From Fimicolochytrium jonesii (lineage: Eukaryota): 64,000 nt of DNA. The stretch covers positions 248,001 to 312,000 of the forward strand of contig NW_026515675.1 in the NCBI RefSeq assembly GCF_025526975.1. The letters are read 5' to 3'. This document shows, one piece after another, positions 38,601-50,586 of the stretch (position 1 is the stretch's first letter; each line of letters opens with the position of its first letter). The position numbers and the translations under genes are program-made. The notes under the pieces are model-generated. The model saw nothing but the letters and a program-made list of their open reading frames with translations. It did not search any database and was not told the DNA's origin.

Positions 38601-41509
38601 CTTCAACAAGAACGGCTCGTCGACCGCGAACGCGTTCAGCTGCAACGTGCCCACCGTCCATTTCCGCGGTTTGGTCATCTGAACGCCTAATGTGCTCTTG
38701 AACGACCCCGACACCACGCTCAGGAAGTTGACTTTGACGAGGACAGTCAGCCGCGGGCCGACGGTCACGGATAGCCCGACGGCGTCGGGACCCTCATAAG
38801 GCCTTGATTCCAACTGCAGCGAGTTAGCGCCCTTCCTATTCGCCACATCCACCGGAACAAGCTCAACGGTAAACGGCGCAAGCGGCGGGGTGAAAACCGT
38901 AAACTGCGTCGGGGTATCCGCGAAATTGACGATCGGGAACTGCACGGAGGTGAACTGCGACACCGACGCGATGGGGAACATCAGGCGTTCGTAAACGGGC
39001 ATCCACAGCGTCGGGCCGGAGAAGGCTGCGGCTTCCAGCGTGACGGGTTTGCTGTTGGGTGCGTGGAAGACCAAGGACTCTTGCCGCGTGCCGGTGAACC
39101 CGGAGAGAAAGGATACGCTGATCCGACGCTCTTCGAAGGGTTCCAGTGTGATTGGCAACCCGTAGTGGACGCTCAGTTCGTTCGTTGAGGCGATGCAGGT
39201 CACGGGTAACGGTTTGCGGTCCCGGTTCCGTAGCGTCATTTTGCGGACGACGGGGTTGTAGTATATATCCGTGGGCCCGAAATCGAGTCTGGTGTCCAGC
39301 ACATGCAGAGCGCGGCCGCCGACGGCTTCCAGTAAGACCTTCGTGAGTTCGCCGCCAAGGGCGACAACAAGTAATGCATCGGAGACTTCTGCCTCAATAT
39401 TGGGCACAAATTTGAGCTGAAAGGATTTTTTCTCGTGGGCGGCGAGGATGGTCTGCGTCGGGTAGATTTGGAACATTGTGCTGGTCTCTGTGGGCGCTAC
39501 GAGGGTGACGATGGGGCATTCGACGGGGAGGAGATTGGAGACCATGAAGACCATGGTGCGGGTGTCGCCGATGGGGCAGATGCCAAAGTCGAGCCTGACG
39601 GGGCTGATTTTGATCGCTGGTGTATTATAGCCGCGCAATGAGATCCTAAAGGAGATGGAGATGAGACGCCATCAATGGAGTCAAACGTCCTCGCCCTTGC
39701 TTATAAGACCATACCTCTCATAAGGAAACCCATTAGCCCCCCTAACCCTCAAAAACCCCAGCACCTCCGGCGTCTTCCTCACAACCTGCGGACACGGCGT
39801 AAAATATACCGTAACGGTAACCGACTCGCCCTTAGGCACAAACCCATATGCCGGGGTGGCAAAGAAGAACCTGCTCGGGCCCACTTGTAAACGAAAGGGG
39901 ACGTCGTGCGTGACGGATTTGTTTTGGAGGAAGATGTCTTTCTGGAAGGGGTATCGGTTGAAGAGGAGGATAGGGGGTGTCATGTTGAGGGTGAGGGTTG
40001 AGGCGTCGGGGTCGGCGGTGGGGGCGTCGTGGATGGTGGTTAGGGTCGGTGTGTGCGGAGGTGGGGATTGAGAGGGGTCTTGCGATGTGGCGCTGGCTTG
40101 ACGGAAAAGGGGTGTGAGTGAGTAGATCTTTCAAGGTAGCGAAATGACGAGCGCGGGGAGAAGCCAACCTGGTACCTTCTTTCCTGCCCGCAGCGGGGAT
40201 GCTCGGCCTCTCAAACATCTTGTCCGACAACAACGCAAACGCCCGGGAGACTTCGTCATACGGCTCCTCTGGCATCTGCTGCTCCATGTCCACTCTCTTG
40301 GACGCCTTCGCAAGTCCCGCAAACGCCTTAACCTGGTCCCTCTGGTAGTTCTGCAAGGACAACAAGTTCCATCTCCGCATAGCGTAGCCCGTCAATTTCG
40401 GCGTCTGACTGGTTGAGGTACCTATGCTCTGGAGCTCTTTATCGTTTGGCCGCGGGTACCACACCGCCCAAAACTGCATGATTTCGCGCTTGACAATGGT
40501 GTGCATGCTTATGTTGGAGGATGTGGCCGGTACTGCGCCGTGTAGGAGGCTAGGCCGGCGAACTTCGGTCGCGGATGTTGAGAGATTGGTCGAGCTGGCT
40601 ATGATTTCCGGTGGTGGGAGGAGTTCGGCGGATAACGCTGCGATGGGTTCGCGGAAAATCTTTTCCACTCGCAGCCGGCTCCTGTTTGTGACTGGGAGAT
40701 GGGTGTGGATGGCGTGGATCGCGGTGGCTTGCATGTACGGATGCGCTTTCTTCCTCAACAGCGTGAGAAGTAGGCGGTCGATGTATCCCATGTAAGAAGA
40801 AGTTTGCGCTTCAGGAGCCCGCAGGAACAGGGCGCTGGCGTGCACGAGACTTATTCGTCGGCGGAACACCTGTGGTGCGACATAGTGAGAGCTGTCAAGC
40901 AATGTCGGGTCCTGATTCAGCGCATCACCGAGTTCCGTCGGAAAGGTGCGTGCAATTTCGCCAATGACGGCTTCAAAGGCTCTCGTCCGTATTTTGGCCG
41001 GGAACCCTTCTTCGCACATTGCTTCGACGAATTCGCCCAGTAGTTGTGCAGCGAGACATCTGTTGTTCCAGGACTTTTAAGACGATTGACTAAGACTTCG
41101 CCAGACATCCACATTCTTTGAACTCATTTGCCATCGCTCATACCTCATCACCGGTCACAATTTCGATGAGCTTCGATACAATCCTCTGCTTTTGCTCTAT
41201 GTGCAGCAGAGTTCTGCCAATTGATCTGGCGCATAGTGATATGTTCTTTAGCCCAAAAAAGCGCAGTGCCGATTCATTTGCATGGAGGTAGGCGCATATC
41301 AAGTCCCAAGCGTGCGCATATTGTGACGAGTATGCGAATGTCTGAATCAAAGGAAACCATTAGTATCTCGATGGATTGTAGTGTGAGCGGTTTTCACTGG
41401 TATTTACAAAGTCCGTCGAAAGCAATATTGCTGCCGCGCGCACAGTCTCAAAGCTGGCATCCTGAACGCTCTCCGATTCGCTCCCATGTGCGGATCCTGT
41501 TCCTGTCAT
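29678..41509 (-). CDS. Giant Hydin-like protein with many tandem ASH/PapD-like Ig domains, roughly 3,600-3,700 aa
   Basis: Co-oriented ORFs of 395, 100, 923, 1827 and 288 aa linked by GT-AG introns. Repeated signature (L/V)DFG-x(8-12)-L-x-N-x-G...F-x-V-x-P-x-x-G-x-L-x-P...V-x-F-x-P...L-x-G-x-G. First exon 41509-41408 splices in frame; stop TGA at 29680-29678. Confidence 0.82.
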
Positions 41510-42280
41510 GTTATGTGGTAATCGTGGTGGTCCCACTGCGATGAGTTCGAGGTGGAATCTCCTCGCCCTCAATGAAGAGTTTCCGAAGAAAAACCAGCTC
41601 GGGGAGTCGTGCGAACAACAGTTCCCCAACTTCGTCCGATAATGCTTTACGCGTCAGACAGACCGCGCTGTCGTATTCGCGGTACCCATGCGAGCACGTG
41701 ACTTTCTAGCATGCTGGTTAAAGTGGGCTTAGATTCGTCCTCCGATTTCCCGGGGCCACATTACACCGACACGTTTGTTGCAGCTGGCGTCGCTTGCATT
41801 TGTGGCGCAGCATACGGAGGCCTTATAGACTTATACTACCAGCTAGCATCTTAAGTCAAGTGCATGACGTAGCGCTGTTGTTATTGGGCAGTGTCATAAT
41901 AAAGGGGCCAATAGGCAACGGCCGGTTTGTGAGTTAAGGCGCGAGTGACTAAGGCCTGGCGTATGCGCTAATTGCTTCATGTGAGAGAGAGAGCGAGAGA
42001 GAGGGGGCGCCTTCCTTGGAGACGAGACGCACGGACAGCGGTGACGCATTCGGCCCCCAGAGAGATTCCGCTTATAACCCGTTGCCCAAACTGCAAACAC
42101 CCCTTAACCCGCATCCTCAATCTTCATCGCTCGCCTCAAGGCCGCCTCATCTCCTCACCCTTCCCCCTTTCTCGCCACTACTAGCACAACGTAAGTCTCA
42201 GGCAAGATCTCTACAGCCACTTACAGACGCGACGACGCCGGAATCCTATCTGATCTTCCTCTTTTCACAGACACACAAAT

Positions 42281-43702
42281 ATGTCGGTCCCTATCGCCAT
42301 CCCGGTTCCTCTCAAGTTCAACGTGCCTCCGGCTTTCTCTGACATTGGAAAGACCACAAATGACCTGCTAAGCAAGGACTTCCCCGTCGGGGCAGCTAAG
42401 CTCGAGGTCAACACGGTTACAACGAACGGTGTGGTACGTAAAACATTAACGGACAACATACCAGAAGACGGCTGTGGGGGCGATTGTGACGTATCATGGC
42501 GAACCGAGGCGCAAGACTGCTAAAGGGTGGGACGGAGCGTATGCGACGTATCAGGGCGAAAGCGGGTTGTTCAGCCGGATTCGAAGTTTGCCGCACCAAG
42601 GGTGCAGCGGCGGCGGAGGGGCCTGAACGGTCGATGACAACGGAAGACGCCTTACTATGTTGGGTGTGGCCGCGGTCGCCCTACCACGACGATTGTCAAA
42701 GAAGTTGAAAGATTGAGCAGGCCATTGACTCTCTGTTCCCCCCTTTGTACAGAAATTCACCGTTTTGGGAGCCAAGGACAACAAGACTGGCGCTATCGCC
42801 AGCGAGCTGAAGGCCAAGCACATCGACAAGGCCCGTGGTATTACATTCACCGAGTCCTGGACGAGCAGCAACATTCTCGGCACCCAGCTCGAGCTTGACA
42901 ACACCCTTGCCCGTGGCCTGAAGGTCGACATTGCCGCATCCCTCCTCCCCGCCAAGGGAACCAAGAACCTGAAGGCCGGTGTGGAATACAAGCAGGACCA
43001 CCTCTTCACCCGCACGTCCGTCGACCTTTTCCGGGGTCCCACCCTTCACGGAGATGCCGTCGTCGCGTGAGTACTGCAAAGAGTTGCTACCAGTTTCACA
43101 TGGCACATTTGACTGATCTGTCGTCAATCTTTCAGAAACGACGGTTTCTTGGCCGGAGGAGAGGTTGCATACGACGTGTCCGATGCCCGCGTCACCAAGT
43201 ACAACTTGGCTTTCGGTTACCTCGGCCGCGAGTACTCCGTTGCCCTTCACGCGTAAGTTGCAGATTACTCTTGTGGTCCATCTGTGGCATCCGTCTCATC
43301 CCTCCTATCTCTCTATGGAATAGCACCAACGCCCTGAGCACCTTCGCCGCGTCCTACTTCCACCGTGTCAACGCCGACGTCGAGGCCGGTGCCAAGGCAA
43401 CATGGGTCAAGTCCCTCGACAATACCGTCCACGTCGAGGTTGGAACCAAGTACTTCCTTGACAACGACGCATCCCTCAAGGTAAGGCGCCATTTTCACCC
43501 ATTCTCCCATCCATACTCGCATACACTAATTCTTCCTTTTTTAATCACCTAGGCCAAGGTTGACAACCGCGGACTGTTGGGTCTCGGCTACACCCAGATC
43601 CTGCGCCGTGGCGTTAAGCTCTCCCTGGGCGGTCTCTTTGACACCACCCGCTTCCACGAGAACGTGCACAAGCTTGGTCTCGCCCTTACCCTTGAAGCTT
43701 AA
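42281..43702 (+). CDS. POR1: Mitochondrial outer-membrane porin (VDAC), 4 introns
   Basis: VPPAFSDIGKTTNDLLSKDF, GITFTESW, ASYFHRVNADVEAG, KAKVDNRGLLGLGYTQ, HKLGLALTLEA*. Confidence 0.96.
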
Positions 43703-45220
43703 GCGGACTGTCTCACATCTTATATCACATGATTCAATTGTATATCTTGTGTGTGTTGCGGTGTCTGTTTTCCTCTCACTGTTGATCTTCTCAACAACCG
43801 TTGGCATCCCCACTCTCTCTCTCTCTATCTTCATGACAAAAACGTAATTAAATATACAAAACATTGCATATCATTTGGTACCGATGGAAGTGGTGAGACG
43901 TTGGAAGGCTCGTTGACGCAGGTGACGCTCGAGTGCAAAGTTCGGAACGCGCGAGTGGGTGTTCGACCTGGAGTAGAGCAAGCTTTCCAAAGGCCCGTTG
44001 GCTGCAAGACCTTCTCAGATGACTTTTGCTGCAGGGTCTAAACGACGAATGCTTGGAAGCTATCATATGTGGGGAATGAGTAAGCTTGCGAGCGTTGGAT
44101 GCGGCGTACACGGTATGAGAAGTGGACACACAGTAGCTGCCCGAAAAGGGCATTGGCTGGACAGTGACCGTCAGCTGAGAATTGCATCCGCGGCGGCGTC
44201 CTTCGACACGAGACTCATCATAGTGTAAGACACGGGGAATCCTTCATGTTCCTTCAGGGCCGCACAAATGTACCTCGTTCGCAAAGGGTCAACATTCGTC
44301 GGCGGCCCCACTACGGACCACTCCTAATAGCAATGGATTTCCCTTACACAGGAGGTAAGGTTTTTCCCGACCGCACAAAACCTTGAACCACCAGGTCCAA
44401 CTTCGGCGGTGAGGCTGTGGTGGGAAGGTGAGGGATACCTCAACGATGCAGCGTTATCGGGTGTCTCCAACCGTCCCAAAGTCCAGGAGGACATTTATTA
44501 TGCACATCCTCAAATCCCGCAATGGGAATGGCCAAAGTCTAGGCCCTGCACCGGGTCGACGGACTCCGGATCAGGGGCAGCGAGAATAGGCCCTTTTTGG
44601 TTGTCCTTTGACTCGTTTCCTAATGTCTAAATGTGGAAATGGAGGCCGACCCGGGGTTTATCCTGCAAACATGTTGGATCTGGATATTGGGTTAGCTGAA
44701 GCCGTCCCGTCGGTATTTCCCACGCTGTCCCGCACACACGGCGAGACGGCGCTCACCTAGGCGCCTGCCACTCCGAACGGAAGGTGGAGGGCGAATGCTG
44801 CCGGAACATGTACGAGCGAACAACGTAACCCACACCCACATACTGTGCCCCTCACAGTTCCCGCACCGGCAGCCGTTGGCACCTGCACGTTGGACTCGCA
44901 CTCACTGGAGTATCGCCTTGTCACAGCGCCGCTTCGTTCAGCAATCGGCTGCCGACCGGACCTTCGAAAGCTCTCCACTCGGGGCTAACCAGAAAGAGGC
45001 TTCGTAGTTGAATTGCCTCCTTGGAGTAAGCTCGCTCTATTGGCAGCTCAATCTCTCAGCGTCGAACCGGGTGACGCTAAAGTAGCGGACCAATCGACAA
45101 ATCTCTGCGAGGGAAGCTCCCACAGGACTGTGCTGTTGGCCATTTACCGCTCGAACTTGGAAGACAGATACGCCGTTGGACTCTCTGAGAGGTATAGGGC
45201 AAAGGACTGGCTCTTCTCCG

Positions 45221-47882
45221 ATGCTGCGACCTCTGCGGTCGTCGCAACGGCTACCGTCGTTTTGGAGCTGCCTGGCAGCGAGTGCAATATGTTCACTCTG
45301 GAGTTGCCTTCCCGGTCATGCGGCCCGTACGGAAGGTACCGTATCTGGGCCCACTCCCCACGGCGAGGGTGGGAACACCAGCTGATTGAATTTTTTGTGC
45401 TTTGCTTAGTTGCGGTGCTGGTAAAGCCATTGTTCGACACCTCTGCCACGGACGAGCTTGCTCTGTATACACAGTTGACACAACAGTTCCAAAAGGATAC
45501 CGGCATTGCTATTACAGTGTCTATGGGTGTGACGGTAAGCGTATTGGGTGTTGCGTTACCTGCGTCCTCAGCGAACCACACTTCTGAAAGCCTTCATCTC
45601 TATAGTTCAGTGCCGATCCAGCAGCCTATTACCAAACCGCGAAAAAGTACATTGAGGATCATAACGATGTTTACGATATCATCGCATTGGATCAATCATG
45701 GCTCGACACCTGGCCAGGAAATAAGTACTTCGTAAACCTTTTCAAGGACGAGATCAGTGGAACGAACTCCAACATGACGGATTTATTTGCCTCTCGTGTT
45801 TTAAACGACGAGAATGAGGCAACGACGGAAGCGGACTCCTCGCCTGATGGCTTAAGTATGTGCACCACGGCATCCTAACGGTTGGTTATAGTCTCACAAC
45901 GCTTACCGAGCTCTTCCCCTACGCAGTGGCGATACCACTCTGGAACGACTTCTCTGCATTGTTCGCGCGAAGCGACTTACTCACCAAGTATAACATAAGC
46001 ATCCCCATTTCTTACCAACAAATGGTGGAAGCGTGTCAAAAGATTCTACCGGCGGAGCAAGTGAATCGGCGCTCTTTGCAGTGTTTCGTGTCTGGCATGA
46101 TAGGTAAGTGTGTTTTCCCCCAGCGATGCGTTTCCGCAGGAGAAGTTTATTGACAGCCCCATTTCAGGTCAGGAAGTGGTGGATTTCATGGGCGAGCTTG
46201 TTTACAACAACAACACCACTCCCTTGATAAACTTCCCACAAACGCCGACCTTTGACACAGGGAAGAATGCTGCAATGTTGAATCAATTCAGGTCTTGGAT
46301 CGTAGACTCGCACTTCATGACGGAACGTTCAATGCAGTACGACTATGGAACCGCACTGAACATATGGACCCTCGGCGACTCCGTATTCTATCGAGGGAAA
46401 TTCTCCTCTCTGCACCAGACATATACCCAATGGCAAGGGAAAGGATGGGTCCCGGCGGTGATACCGGGGAATAGTCCGAATGCGGAGACGCAAATGTACT
46501 CGACGCCTGGTGGGTATCACCTCGCGATGACGAAACATGGAGAAAACAAGAACGATAGCGCTGTCGCGGAAGCCTTACTCTTCTTGACTGGGCCTGTCGT
46601 ACAGAAGGAACGAGCGCTTCGTTTTGGGGCACCTCCTAGTCTCAAATCATTATCCGCAGGTATAGATTCGTTCCCTCGTTGTGCCTTTGTTGTTTGAAAC
46701 CTTGCTGATATCACGTTTCTTCCGTTGATAGACCCGGTGACATGCCAGGCTACGAATTGCACCATCACCCCATTCCTGATCGATAAGACATCGTCCCCCA
46801 ATGCAGCACCTTTGTGGGTCGAGGCCTCCGCAGCAATGGCCCCTTGGTTTACGAAGATTTTCGACGGGACGGTGGATCCAAAAACCGGCCTGGCAAGCGC
46901 AAAGATTGCGGTCCTCGACGTATTTAGTGGGGCGGACTCGGGTCTTTCCACCAAAGCGGTGATTCTTCTGGCGGTCCTCATCCCAATCGCAGCAGTCGCC
47001 CTCTTGGTAGGAGGGTTCCTTCTATACAGGAAGAGGCGGATACGAAACAGTGAGAGAGAGCGGAAAATCGAAGACTTTGAAATTGCGGCGAATGCAGGTT
47101 CGGGGACACCGGAAATGTCGCAGACGACGACCTCCGATGCTACGCGTATGAACTTCTCAACACGGCCCGCTCGCTCGGCGCGGGACCCGGCGAAGCCTGC
47201 CGATCTGAACCAGCGCGTGATGGACGCCAAAACAGCGGGCGCGACCGCAGCCGCAGCAGGCGCCGGGATTGTCGCAATTTCCACATCACCAAGCGACGCG
47301 GAGAACCACACCAGCGACTTGCCAAATCGTGGAAGGGACGGTGAAATCATGACCGGTGACGAATCCAGCGGCCACGTCCGGGGTCGCGGCGGGAACCGCA
47401 CGTCGTCCAGCGACATGGTCCAACGGTTCACAGTTATCCACCCTTACAAACCAAAACTGGCGGACGAGATTGAGCTCAAACCAGGCGACGTTGTATCGGT
47501 CCGTCTCGCCTACGACGACGGCTACGCATTCGGGCAGAACGACCGAGCTTACGCGGCCGGTGTGTTCCCGCTGGCATGTCTCCTACCCGTCGGCATGGAA
47601 CTCGGGCTCCCCTCGCGGCTGGAATCCGGCGCATCTAACGTGCAAGCCATGCAACACGCGCCGGAGAAAGTGGACTCGCTGGAGATGTTGCTGCTGAGCG
47701 GGAAGATCACGGAGGGCACGTATCTTGCTTTGAGGAGAGAGCAGGAGGACGAGATGAGGACGCAGCGGCAGATTGCGGCGCTCAGGGAGCGGTTGGCTGC
47801 TCCGAATCTGGAGGAGGCTGAGAGGAAGAAGTTGCAGAAGCGGTTGGATGAGATTGAATTGGGGATTGATGATGATGATTAG
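45221..47882 (+). CDS. Single-pass receptor-like protein: signal peptide, sugar solute-binding domain (PBP type 2), TM, SH3, SHOCT-like/coiled-coil tail (769 aa)
   Basis: Five GT-AG introns (45336-45409, 45535-45605, 45856-45926, 46104-46167, 46660-46731) give one frame of 770 codons. SBP motifs FQKDTGIAITV, YDIIALDQSWL, AIPLWNDFSALFARSDLLTKYNI..P.SYQQMVEACQKI, TPGGYHLAM, LLFLTGPVVQKERA..GAPP. TM VILLAVLIPIAAVALLVGGFLLY followed by RKRR. SH3 FTVIHPYKPKLADEIELKPGD...DDGYAFG...GVFPLACL. Confidence 0.85.
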
Positions 47883-48468
47883 ACGTTCGCGGACTTTACC
47901 AACACCACAATCAAAGCGCTTTCCGCCAGTCAACTCCACCCCGCTTTGCGTCTCCTGAAGCTAAGCACCTTCCCCGCTTTCCCTCTCATCCCTCCCATCC
48001 CCCTCTCTCTGCAACATATACCCTCACCCTCCAGTAGTTTCTTTTTATATATAACTGCCACTCGTCTCCCTACCCGTCCTTCATACGTTTTTGTTATTGT
48101 ACCTTCCATACATCATCATCTAATATCTGCACAACACCAGGTTTTTTTTTGCTGTTTATGGGACCAAAGGCATTGTGTCGGATCTACTGCCTATCCACGC
48201 GTTTCCATTGTCCAATGTCCATGGTCGCGGGCGGTTGGCGTTCGTCAGTTGCGAATATGATGAGGAGTCAATGGGCGAGCGGCCGCAAATTTGACGCCTG
48301 CGGGAGGATCATTGCGCGGCCGCATTCGACAGGCAGCTGTGAACTCCCTCTCGCGGCAACAGCCTCCTCCTGCAGAAAACTAAACCCTCTCTTGTTGGAC
48401 AGCTGCACCCTGACGACCCCACTGGAGATAGATAGAGCATAGCCAGAGAGACGGCACAGGTATTGCAA

Positions 48469-50586
48469 ATGGGCCTTTCAACAGGAGTGATTGCTGCTAT
48501 CGCAGTCGTTCTGGGCTTGCTGGTCGCCGCAGTCGCCCTCGCCCTATACCGTCGCCGCAAAACTCAACTTGGAAGCAAACCTCGTTCGCTCTCTGCTGTG
48601 GAGCAGGGAAATGGCAGGAGTACACCGCTGGGACCCGTCCGACGGTCTGTGAGTTGGAAGGCTGTGGAGAAGGATGCCCAAGTGAAAATAAGCACCACCC
48701 AAGCACCTGTCGCACCTGCGGTCGATGTGACCACTTCAGCGCCCTCGACAAATTCCAGCGAGATGCCCAATTGCAGCACCACCAACCTCCTCAGTTCCGC
48801 TGCCGTCCACGCCGGAACCGAGTCTAATTCTACTCCCCTCGAAAACCGACCAACGTCACCGACGGTCGAACCAAAGACGCCTGAACCTGCCACCCCCCAA
48901 ACTCCCGAACCACAAACATCAAAGACGCCCGAACCCCCAACTTCGGATTCCCCACAACCGCCTCGCTCGGTGAAATCCAGGACAAACAGCCAGAAGACTC
49001 TGCGATCGGACGTGGACATTCCTGGCCGGTCGACTAGTCATACTGCAAGTAAGGAGGATGAGGTGCAAGTCCCCAGTTTGAAGGGGATGGTTGCTGCCGG
49101 ACACTGGTTCAAGCGATCAAAAGCTGATGAAGTTGCTGTTAAAGTCGGGGTAAGTGAAGTGGCGGCAAGAATGCGAGAAATCATTCTTCGAGAGGATCGG
49201 TCAGCTCATCCTATCAATCTGCAGGACGCCATCACAGTCTACACAGTCTACAAAGACGCCTGGTGCTTCGCAATGAATTGGAGTTCTGGCCAATCCGGAG
49301 TCATGCCCGTCGCAGTCGTATCTCTCGACGAAGCGACAAATCTCTTGCAAAGATTCCCGCCCGTGTCCGAAGACCTTCTCCCGCCCGGTGACGCTGTTAC
49401 CCCTCCACCAGCAAGCAAAGCCAATCCACCACGCAGATCCACCGACAGCCACCGCGCGGTGGTGGTGTCACCCCAGCGTTCTGAGCGGTCCGAGCTCAAC
49501 CGATCGTCGTCTCTTCTGTACAGCTCGCCACCGATTGCCCGACCTGCCCCGCTGCCCTCCGTCGCATCCTCTGCCATGTCGAGTCATTGGGGCGCGCAAG
49601 GTGTGCGTGGGACCGACAGAAAGTTGTACAAATTCCCTTCTCAGCAGTTCAGATCGACGGTCTCGTTGATCGACAACCAGCAATCACCATCGCAGAAGTC
49701 TCCGTACCATATGGCGGGGAACAAGCAGTACCGACCGGATTTCCTCCGGAGTGCGGACAGCTTGCTACCTAACAACAGAGGGATGCCGATGACGCGAGCT
49801 GTTGCCTCAAATGCACCGGGGACGCCAGAGTCGGGAATCTCAAGTCTCGCTGCGAGTTACTTTGCCGCCATCTCCCAGCTCGAAGAAAACGACGCAGACG
49901 AAGCCGCCGCAAAGCAGCTACAAGCCACAGCATCCGACCTTGCCGAATCCGTCACCGCAATCTCAGACCTGCAGTCCGACAGCGGCAGCAAAGACCCCGG
50001 AGCACAGCGGAGGGCACGGCAGCTTGTCACAGAAATTAAACGCATCTCCCAACCCAGCGTACGACGAGACGAGCGCCGAAAATCCATCGTCGAGTTGAGA
50101 TCCGAGCTGGAAAAATTCTTCGACGACGTGTTCATCGATGCTGCGACGACGGCTGGCGGGCCTCCTCCGCCGCTTCCGGAGATCCCGGCTGTGTACAGGC
50201 AGGAGACCGCGCTGGTTACGCCTTCACCCGCCCCGCCGGAGCCCCTCGCTCTGCTCCCGCGGCCAACATCGACATCACCTCCCCCGGCCCAAGACCTCTC
50301 ACAAGCAAACGAGACCGCGCCAACATACCCAACAACAGAAGACGACGATACACCCCTCTCCCAACTTGCTCCATCTGTCCTCCCCCCTCGGACACCGTCA
50401 CCATCCCTCACACCCCCTCCCCCGTCCTCGTCCCCGCGCTCCGTCTCCCCGCATCAACGGAACCCGTCGGATGAATCAACAGGCTCGGTGGTTGTGAATC
50501 ATGCGGTGCGGCAGGGGAGCAGTATGGATACGTTTAGACGGTCGGCGTCGTCCGCGTCGCCTGTTAGTACTGAGAGTACATTGTAG
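48469..50586 (+). CDS. N-terminally anchored membrane protein with divergent SH3 and proline-rich regions (about 680 aa)
   Basis: Signal-anchor GVIAAIAVVLGLLVAAVALALY followed by RRRK. Removing the in-frame intron 49150-49224 (GTAAGT...CTGCAG) gives the SH3-like AAGHWFKRSKADEVAVKVGDAITVYTVYKDAWCFAMNWSSGQSGVMPVAVV. Many PxxP motifs. Confidence 0.78.
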   Translation: MGLSTGVIAAIAVVLGLLVAAVALALYRRRKTQLGSKPRSLSAVEQGNGRSTPLGPVRRSVSWKAVEKDAQVKISTTQAPVAPAVDVTTSAPSTNSSEMPNCSTTNLLSSAAVHAGTESNSTPLENRPTSPTVEPKTPEPATPQTPEPQTSKTPEPPTSDSPQPPRSVKSRTNSQKTLRSDVDIPGRSTSHTASKEDEVQVPSLKGMVAAGHWFKRSKADEVAVKVGVSEVAARMREIILREDRSAHPINLQDAITVYTVYKDAWCFAMNWSSGQSGVMPVAVVSLDEATNLLQRFPPVSEDLLPPGDAVTPPPASKANPPRRSTDSHRAVVVSPQRSERSELNRSSSLLYSSPPIARPAPLPSVASSAMSSHWGAQGVRGTDRKLYKFPSQQFRSTVSLIDNQQSPSQKSPYHMAGNKQYRPDFLRSADSLLPNNRGMPMTRAVASNAPGTPESGISSLAASYFAAISQLEENDADEAAAKQLQATASDLAESVTAISDLQSDSGSKDPGAQRRARQLVTEIKRISQPSVRRDERRKSIVELRSELEKFFDDVFIDAATTAGGPPPPLPEIPAVYRQETALVTPSPAPPEPLALLPRPTSTSPPPAQDLSQANETAPTYPTTEDDDTPLSQLAPSVLPPRTPSPSLTPPPPSSSPRSVSPHQRNPSDESTGSVVVNHAVRQGSSMDTFRRSASSASPVSTESTL

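Noticed and set aside
41905..41920. RFX X-box upstream of the Hydin-like gene (ATAGGCAAC)
   Set aside because: Only a half-site; not distinguishable from chance.
45221..46900. Bacterial contamination or an ABC transporter operon
   Set aside because: The gene has spliceosomal introns, is fused to SH3, and no permease or ATPase genes are adjacent.
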